From NCBI GenBank assembly GCA_964106915.2, contig OZ066919.1: a DNA stretch of 64,000 nucleotides; one strand, written 5' to 3'. The translations under genes were made by a program, and so were the position numbers. Below are positions 54,683-64,000 of the stretch, piece by piece. The notes beneath the pieces were generated by a model that saw only the letters and a list, made by a program, of their open reading frames with translations, had not been told where the DNA came from and did not search any database. Every line of letters begins with the position of its first letter. The first letter of the stretch is position 1. This stretch comes from Podarcis gaigeae (lineage: Eukaryota).

Positions 54683-57600
54683 AGATTAACACACAGGAAA
54701 AACTGTTAATAACTGCTTTTAATATACAGGAGAATGTTCCTGGGTGTGGTGGGATTTCCTGATGCTTTGGTAAATGATGCTAAGAACACCTTTTACTGCA
54801 GGCTTTTTCTAAGAAAACAAAATGACAGCGGGGAATATGGTAAATTTAAGTAGATGAACATCCATTTTCCCTGCCAGAATTCCTCTAGAATTCTCGCTTT
54901 TTAACTGGATTTGTTTTTCTTAAAGGCATAGATTCTCATGTGCTAAATTCCATTTTCCCCAGAGAAATAAGGGCATCTGAGTTTTTCTACTGAGACTCTG
55001 ACCTTGGCTGCACTAAAACAGTAGGGTTGAGAAACAGGACAAGTGTAATTTGTAACTTTATTTAGTAATTGCTTCATTAAAAAATTACTTTAGGCAACAT
55101 ACAGATCAAAATACAGGCACCAATCATTTTAGGCATGTCCAATTGATGTGTGACTGCTAACACACAGGTCCTTTTGGACATGAAAGAGAGGTTAATGAAG
55201 GTGCTTAGACATGCTCCACCAACATGCATGAGGGCAGGAACAGAACCCATGCATGAAATGGTCACCACCTGTTCAGTAAATTCAGCATTATAATCTTAAA
55301 CAACCCAAGCAATGCAACATAAGAAAAAACAAAACACATAAATGAGCCAAAGACCATCACAAAACTAAAAACCGCACAGCCACTATTAATCACAAAGGCA
55401 ATAATGCTAGTAACTTTTCCCTTGGGGACTGTTGAAACTCCGCCTCCAGGTCTCCATAAGTATTTCTGGAAGTATGACAGATCAGGCTTCTCCAACCTGA
55501 TGCCCTCCACATTGTTAAAAAACTGCAATTCCATCTCCCCTGGCCGCTTGCCATGATGGATGGGGTTCAGCTGAATTAAAGTACAGGTTGGGAAGGTCAA
55601 CATACAGTGTTGAACTTCAGTGGAGATGAAGCCCAGGGTTGCATTCCTGCATATCCATGACACACACTAGTTGACTCTGAGTCAGTCACTATCTCACATG
55701 ATTGAGCCCTTTGGAAGGCAGCATGGAAGAAAAATGTAACCAGTCATCACTGTCTCTGGACTGCACATTTAGCAGGAGTTTGCCAACCAAACAAGCCATG
55801 GAAGTATGGAATGAGGTCTAGAAGACTCCAGTTCAGTGTGTTATCAAAGCACTTTAATTTTTATTCTGAGCAGCCAACTTATAATTTCGTGCCTTTAGGT
55901 TTAACAGCACTAGTTTCTTGGCAATTTAAAATGGTTGAAGAACTCAGCTGATGAGAAAAGGCTGTCACAATTCCAAAATTCTGAGGCTTTTTTCTTCTTC
56001 TGAAAATAAAATGTCAAGCAAGGCACAGAGGGAGACAGCCGCGGAGGGAAAAACCTGTTCTAGGAGCTGGAAGGAAACTTAGTATGAAGAAGAAAAGAAA
56101 ATATGCCTCCTATTTTTCTCTAGTAGCTCAGGAATGATGAGGATGCTTGCCTAAAGGTGAAATTACCCGACCTGCTTTTATGCAATGCACACACACATTG
56201 AATATATAACTAACCAGCAAAGATTAAATATGCAGATTGGCTGCATCCTATCTTTCAGTAGTATTCTGAATGGCAATTTTACAGAGATGGCCACCAAGAG
56301 TGTGTTCATAAGAAGCCTATTTGCTTTTAGTGATGCATTTAAACTGGAACTATCTTATACAGATGTGTCTAAGCTGAGTGCAAAAAATATTTTACATCAG
56401 TGCTGAAAGATCTAGTCCTGATAAGGGCCTTTGTTATTTAATTAATTCATGACCAATCAGCAAGGCTTGGATCTCCACAGGTTGTGCTTGATGCAGAAAT
56501 GCCTAGGGATGCGATTGCTATCTTTCTTGCAGACTTAACTGGGTCTCAAAGTCTCTTTCATCCAGTCAACTGATTTTTTCTCTATCAGTATAGGCTGGCA
56601 GAGGTGTATGGAAAGGAGAGAGCGGATACTTTTTCTAGACAGTGCCACAAGATGGCAGAATGAATTCTCACCAGCCCTCTTGATAAATCTTGCTCTAATT
56701 CTAGTGCCCCATTGGGCAATGGCAAACGTTCAAAGAAATGTCTCAGAAATGAAAGGAAAGAGTAAGAGTCGTTGACCTTTTCATATTTAAATGAAACAAG
56801 ATTTAACAAATGCACTACCTTTTATTTAATTTCAACATGACTTTTACATTACCTGTCAGGTGATTTGCAGTCTAGCGTATCACTGCATAGTCAGATAATT
56901 CATTAGAGTTACTGCCCTGTCATAGATTGCACGAACTGAGCGTGAATACACAACACAATTGCCAATAATTAAAGGTACTCAGCGTGGGGAGGCAACGGGC
57001 TGCAATGCATAACCCTTATGCTGCATTGCTGCCACCACGTTCACTGGGAATTCTTGTAAGTGGGAGTATTCAAGATGTGAACTACAACCTATAACAGCTT
57101 GGGATGAGTTTAACAACACTGTTTTCCATTCTCCTAAATCCCCCTTGGCTCTACCTTAATATTTATTGCTAAATATCTCAACAAGAAATGTCAGGGGTAC
57201 ATTAGCTATCTCCTTCTGTTAATTTTCTAAGGACGTGAGGCAGCAAACCAGCAGTCCTGCCATTCTGGAAACTAGCAACACTCTCTTGAATATGCAGCTA
57301 TTTTTAATTTTTAAAATACATCTCCAACTCTTCCTCACAGCCAATCCTGTTTAATCTAAAGTTAGTTCAGAGCATCTTGAAGAATCAGCTGCTTGTTTTT
57401 AATCTTTTTAGATTAATAATATCCAATAAACATGTACCTATTGTGAAATTTGTGTAGGGATAATTACACAATCAAAAGTTGTTTCCAATATCTTAAATAA
57501 TCAGTAATCTTTCATGGCTTTAGTAGAGACTGATGGGGATTGATAAGGGATTCAGTGTTGTCGCTCACATACTTCCCAGCTTTCCCCTTCTTTCTCTGCA

Positions 57601-57942
57601 GCTCCCAGTGCATCCTCAAGATTTGCTATAGAGGGCCAGGAAACCCTCTAGAACAGATTTCGGTGCACACTGGGAAAGCTTATGAAAGAGAAGTCTCATT
57701 GTGCAAGCCGAACTCCGCTCATGTGAAGCTGGATACATCCCTAAGTTTGTATCCACAAAAATATAGCAAAAACACTTAACAATGGAAGGGAAGCATCCAG
57801 AATTAACAGAGAGGAAGTCCAACAGGATTTTACCTGCTACTTCTTCCCACTGCAGTCCCTGCAGCTCTCCAAAATTCCGCTGCAGCAGAATTTTGGCTGC
57901 AGCAGCAGGAGGAGGGGAATGCCAGAATACAGGGGAGATGCC

Positions 57943-58075
57943 TTAGAATCTTAGACTTTGCAGAGTTGGAAGGGACCACGAGGGTCAAGTCCAATGCAGA
58001 AATATTTTGCCCAGCCTGGGCCTCGAGCCAATGACCCGGAGATTAAAGACTCGTGCTTTACTGACTGAGCTACCC
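57943..58075 (-). mobile_element. tRNA-Lys-derived SINE with CR1-type 3' tail
   Basis: Reverse-complement homologue of 39358-39507. Confidence 0.75.
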
Positions 58076-58649
58076 CAGATGTCTTGAATATGCAGAAGGA
58101 ACTCTTGAATGCAACCCTTTATATGTATCTCTTTAGAGCTTTACCTGGCCAGTTTTGTATTCTGGACGGTATCCAAGTCTGCAGCCGAGCAAATCCCACA
58201 CCCTACTGCAAGTAGCTGCATTTGGGCAAAAAGCCATATTGCTCACCCTAGTTATGTTGCTGTTCCCAGGGACGCTACATACACGAAATCTGGCACAAGA
58301 ACTCACACATCCCAGTCTCCTTTGTGTAATTAATAATACATCCAGGCACATTCGTTTCCTAGACATGCCCACCACCTTTGAAGACCAAATTTAGAAACCG
58401 GGTACAGATATGCTCCTTTATGGCACTCAGAAAAGGGCCAAACCTCCTTGCCAATTCCAAGTATTGCAAAAGGGTATGCCCTCGGGTTTTCTTGGACATG
58501 CACTTCACACTTGAAGACAGATTTGGGTATCCACATAGTCAGCAACCATAGCTAAGAGTGCAATCTAGAAACCAGCAAGCATGCTTGCTCTTACGTATAG
58601 GAAAGCCAGATTAAAGCAGTTTGTGTTCTGCACCAGTTCAGCTTTCTTA

Positions 58650-58799
<150 letters not shown>

Positions 58800-60059
58800 T
58801 CAAATATGATAGGACACTGCTTTTAGTGACAGCATTTTAAAAAATGCCAATATTTACAGAGCATCAGGGCTCCATCCATGATACATTGCTGTGTAGCCTG
58901 TGCATGTATTAGATTGTATGTATGCAAGTCAAATTCCATTATTTATTTATTTTGTTAATTTATTCTTTAAAAGTTTTAGATTATCAACTGAACTACGTGA
59001 ACCTGTATCAACCCCCCAAAACTCAGTTTATACCAAGAAGTTAATATGGAAGAAATTAGAGAGGGAAAACAGATGGGGAACAGAAATGTTCTGCTATATT
59101 TATTTAAATTTATCAGGGTCTTGCTTCATATTAAATGACAGTGCAGCCAGTTTTTCTTTGGTTTAGTTTCTGTTTGTTTTAAAACAATCAGAGTAGCAAC
59201 TGGAGAGCCCAGCCCATTCTTGTCCTATTGACCTTCCCACTTCTGAAGTTTCCAAGGAGTAGCAAGCAATATCCTAACTCCCTTTTCCTGATGGTAGGGC
59301 TTTGGAAAGAGTTGGAACCACTGTCACATCTGTTCATGGTGGTTAGAAGGCAGGATGAGCCCTGATCCCCAATGCTATTAACAATGGTAGCAAGACTGGC
59401 TTAACTCTACCGCGTCTCTCAAAATGTCCTGTTTTCAGGGCTTTCCATTGGCTCCCACACTCACATTTAGTGGACAACAGAAGGCCAGCTAAGAGAGCTG
59501 GGATGAGGGACACCTCTGCCTAATCCAAACCTCCTCCCAAACGGATGTGACGGAGGTGGAGTGGATTGTTCTTTACAAATTTTCACTTTACCTCATGATT
59601 CAGAAAGTAATTTACTTCTGAATGCTAAAGTATTACCTTTCATTAATAACAAGAAGGCAAGGATTACCCTCTTGTTCATGAAATAAATATATGCACTGCA
59701 AACTTGCCCTTCTTCTATAGTTTGACCCAAAGCCCTCACTCAGAAAATGTCTGACTACGCAAAGCCGTATGCAGAAACAAGACCAGGCATAAGACCTACG
59801 AAGGATTAGTCACCAAGTGACACGGGTCCATAAATTATTGCACTGCCTCTCCAAACCATTGCTGCTTTAAATCTTAATAATCAGCATACAGACTGCCAGA
59901 GTTTGATAGCCTCTTCAGAGTCCATCAGATGTTTGAGAGGAGGCTTTAAAAGCCTTTAAAGCATGAAATTGACAACACCTTCATCACGGGGATCATCAAA
60001 GAACCCAGCAATGTAAAAGAAATGCTAGGCCAGCAATGGAGGTAATTGTTTACCAGAGA

Positions 60060-60290
60060 GAGAATAGACATGAGTGAGTACAGGAGATAAACTGTTAAGA
60101 GTAAGAAGTGTGTTCATAACACAAGAACTCATGGTTATCCATTGAAATTGGCAGGAGATGCAGGACTGACAAACAGGAGCAATATTGCATTAAAAGCATA
60201 TTTAAATGTGTAAAATTCATTGTTACAGGATGTCCCTAAAGCTCTTAAACTCAGATGGGTTTAAAATAGGATTTGACAAATCCCTGACTG
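60060..60290 (+). mobile_element. CR1-type LINE 3' fragment
   Basis: agaactcatggttatccattgaaattg...aggactgacaaa...gggtttaaaataggatttgacaaat resembles a CR1 3' end. Confidence 0.55.
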
Positions 60291-60889
60291 TGCAGATGGT
60301 GGCTGACTGGAGTTAGAGTTCAACATCTGGAGGGCCATAGGTCCCCCACCACTGGTTACTGTGTGGATAATGACTGCATGTTTGAGAAGCACTCTGAACA
60401 CTTGAAAGAGCTATACAGGAGTTCAGGGTTGTTATTATTATGGACCTATCAGTGGCTATTTCCCCACAGTAACCAAGGAGAACTTCCAAGTTTCAAAGAT
60501 GGGGTACAGACACAAGAGCAGGGAAGACTGTTGTCTTCACACCCTATATGCGAGCTTCCTGGAGACATCTGATCTGTGGGAAAACAGGATGATGACTAAG
60601 ATGGGACACAAGGGATCTTCTTGTGTTCTTTATTGCTGTGTCCTCATAGGGAGGGCAGATGTTTCCTTCGCCCTCTGAATAGAACTGTCTGCAACAGCAT
60701 CGTATTTAGTAACTATAAGGAGTAGATTTTGGTTCATCCAACTCTCACTATCATATGTTAGATCTTGTTCACAGGCAGACCTCCTTTTCTTTAATAAATC
60801 CTGGCTGTAAATCGTGTAAACTGAAATTCCATGTATTTCAGCAGTGAAGAAAGGTGGTGGCAAATTCTTCTGTATTATTCCTTTAGGTA

Positions 60890-61020
60890 AGATGGAGAAA
60901 CTGCAGCCTCCAGGTGTTGAACTACAATGCCCAACAGCCCCAGCCAGCATCACCAATGGTCAGAGGTAATGGAAGTTGTGGTCCAACAACATCTGGAGGG
61001 CTGTTGGTTCCCCAGTCCTG
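60890..61020. mobile_element. Fold-back hAT-type MITE
   Basis: cctccaggtgttg..actacaa...gttgtggtccaacaacatctggaggg; more degenerate copies near 17100, 33590, 42770, 49400, 55490 and 60320. Confidence 0.65.
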
Positions 61021-61851
61021 CTCATATACTAAACTAGGCTTCAGACCCACCAACGAAAAGAGAGCTCACTAGCTATGAGACCTCCTCTCATTTTTGCAGT
61101 TCAAGGAAGTCAGCAAAATAAGTGGCTTCTTCTCTCATTTTGTGTTACGTCATGCCCCTCACAGCAGCTGTTTCATGTTGGGCTACAACCACCCCGCATC
61201 CCAGCAGCAGCTATTTTGTGACTGGTACCCTTAGCACTCTCTCAAAATTCAAAATGTGCCCACTGCCCCAAAAAGGTGGGCAACCCCTGAATGAGTTAAC
61301 TTTACAGCCATAAGAAGATATGATTTGCCTTAAAATCACTTTGAGTCTATTAATGGAACATGTGTAACCTTTTCTTGTGGGATACATATATTCATTTCTA
61401 GGAATTCACTGGCAGCAGGGAAAAAAATAAAGCCTCTGGAATTTGTCTACAAATTGTTACCAGGATGCAACCACAATCCTCCACCAAGAGAAAACGTAGC
61501 TTCTAATATTATCAAAGGATGGAACTGTTTATGTTACCAAAGGATATGGAATTAGTTTTCAAAGACTGTCACAAAGGAGAAAAATAATTAACCAAATATT
61601 CTACCACATTTGTGATTCAATGAGATCATTATATGCAGAGAGGGTTTTTTTCTGAAAGAAAGGCTCATTGACAGTACATGAAAAGTCCAGACCAAAAAAG
61701 ACCAAATGTAAATTTTGGAAACTGCTTTTGAAAGTCTGCACCTGCAGACTTTCAGTGTTTTTAAAAATGAAAGGTGTTTTTTAAAAAAGACACCCCTATT
61801 GTCCTTATATGCACAATTCAAGTATGTGCACTATGTTTGGAATTATGATTA

Positions 61852-62322
61852 CAGTGGTACCTTGGGTCTCAAACGCCTTGGTACTCAAACAACTTGGAAC
61901 CCAAACACTGCAAACCCAGAAGTATGCATTCCTGTTCGTGAACATTTTTCAGAAGCCGAATGTGCTCAGTTGTGAATGTTATGCTGAGGTCTGTTTGTTT
62001 TTGCTATTTATTTTGTGCTTTTGAGGGGGACTTTTTTCATTGCGGGTTGTTTTGTTTTGTGACTGTGTGGAACCCAGTTCAGCTACTGATTGATTGTGTG
62101 ACTGTAGTACATTATTGTTTTCATTTTATGGATCAGTCATCTCATTAGATAGTAAATTTCATGTTAAATTGCTGTTTTAGGGGTTGTTTTTAAAAGTCTG
62201 GAACGGACTTTTAAATCCATTTTGCATTACTTTCTATGGGAAAGCGCAGCTTGGTTTTGGAACACTTCAGTTTTGGAATGGACTTCCGGAAAGGATTAAG
62301 TTTGGGAACCAAGGTACCACTG
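61852..62322 (+). mobile_element. Tigger/pogo-like non-autonomous element, family B, long variant
   Basis: CAGTGGTACCTTGG/CCAAGGTACCACTG TIRs, TA TSD, termini shared with 43927 and 51333, T-rich core. Confidence 0.85.
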
Positions 62323-63555
62323 TATATCGTTTTTCAGAGACAGCCAACAGTGCCCTCCACATATTACAGACTACATTCCTTATCATTCCTATTCTATAGC
62401 ACCGAGCTATAAGCTGTTTCTTGTGAAAAGCTCTGACAATGTTGGCCCAATCTGCACCAGCAATATTTTTGCCAAAATACCTTCCACCATTCCTCAGTTT
62501 TGCTCAAAGTCACCCCAAAAAGCCAACAGTGGAGTCTGTAACCTCTGAGCAACTGAGTCAAAGACACCCGTAAGACCTTTGGATTTCTGACCTAGTGTTT
62601 TCCAAATTACATTTTCCATATATCCGCAGGCACAGATGTGGCTTTCACAAGTATGACCAAATTTTAAAAAAGTTATGTGAAAAGTAGCTCTTAAGAAGTA
62701 AAAAAGAAATGTAATAAAGCACTCTTTTTGGTAACATCAGCTGAGCAAGCGGCCAAAAATAAAAGCAATTCAGGCTTTGCACCGAGCCAACATATAACCA
62801 GTTGCAGACTGCAGTGAAACCTTACCACCACTAAAGATCATTGTGAATTTTGCTACTTTCCATAAGAACCAAGAAAGACAACGTGACAGAAAGGCTTTGC
62901 ATTTTGAACTGTTGTTCAAACCCATTAAAACTGGATTCTGGTAAGAATCTAATTTTACTACCGAGAATATCTAAGTATTTTGTGGAATGGTTTAATTGTA
63001 CAACATGAGCAGCTGTTCACAGCGTGAAGAAAACCAGAGGCTATAAATGGCTTGCATGGGGCCTAAGACTTAAAATTTCAACTTCTGAGATATCAATATT
63101 TCAAGAACAATGAAAACTTTTCATGGCTTCTAAATGATTGTTTTTAAAACAAAAACAAAAAAACTTGAATAAACAGTTTTCACCAGGAGTCTCAAAGATG
63201 TTTTAAGGCACCATATTTAAGAGGGGGATTCAGTGTTGGGACAGAAATCCGTACGCTGTAGGAATCAAGCTTTTAGCTCAGCACCCTCCTATTAGGGCCT
63301 ACTGAAAACCTTTCTTTTTCAGCAAGCCTTCTATAAAGTTCTTATCCCAGTCTGCATCTGAATTGGATTTGAAATTGCTTTATACAGTATATGTCTTTAC
63401 TACGTATTGATATATTTTAATTATTAAACACTTCAGGGTGTTTTCATGGGAAGCAATTCATAAATAAAAAAAAATGCATGAAAATAAATTCCAAAATTGG
63501 TTATAAAGCCTTCTCCCTGCGGATGCATACCACTACTTATGGATATACCTGAATA

Positions 63556-63781
63556 CAGTGGTACCTCGGGTTAAGTACTTAATTCGTTCCGGAGGTCCAT
63601 ACTTAACCTGAAACTGTTCTTAACCTGAAGCACCACTTTAGCTAATGGGGCCTCCTGCTGCTGCCGCGCTGCAGGAGCACAATTTCTGTTCTCATCCTGA
63701 AGCAAAGTTCTTAACCTGAAGCACTATTTCTGGGTTAGTGGAGTCTGTAACCTGAAGCGTATGTAACCTGAGGTACCACTG
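63556..63781 (-). mobile_element. Tigger/pogo-like MITE, family A (opposite orientation to 33350)
   Basis: TA-CAGTGGTACCTC...GAGGTACCACTG-TA. Confidence 0.85.
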
Positions 63782-64000
63782 TATATTTCTCTTATTGCTG
63801 CTGTTGCAAAGAAAATAAGGAATACACAGGGATCAAATACAGACAGTTCATCACTTCTGGTCTCTTCCAGCATTTTCCATTTCCCTATAAACAAAGTTAA
63901 GGACGAGAAAGGTTGACACTCTTCTTCTCCCCCCCCCCCCTTTTCCTTTGGAGTGGTCCTCTGCCATGAATAGATTCAGTCACTGCTGCCAGAGCTTGCC

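Overview
This is vertebrate genomic DNA. The repeat content (Squam3-like and tRNA-Lys/CR1-tail SINEs, hAT and Tigger-type MITEs) suggests a squamate, probably a lacertid lizard (inference). The minus strand carries 21 consecutive coding exons of DOCK7, exons 2-22 by human numbering (58776 down to 1736). Exon 1 and the exons after 22 were not found in the window. The complete 7-exon ANGPTL3 gene (CDS 10875-21047, 459 aa) lies antisense on the plus strand inside the 16.4-kb DOCK7 intron 14, which is the known vertebrate arrangement. All exons called have GT-AG boundaries and consistent phases. The most unusual signal is a pair of diverged solo LTRs (19019-19425 minus, TSD TATAG; 26197-26666 plus, TSD GCTAT). 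Both carry a homologous reading frame that starts at LTR base 2 and runs about 100-110 codons. It is conserved at the protein level with many synonymous changes, pointing to a protein-coding region under selection inside the LTR of an LTR retroelement family. The lizard ANGPTL3 also lacks the mammalian furin site and has substitutions in the LPL-inhibitory motif.
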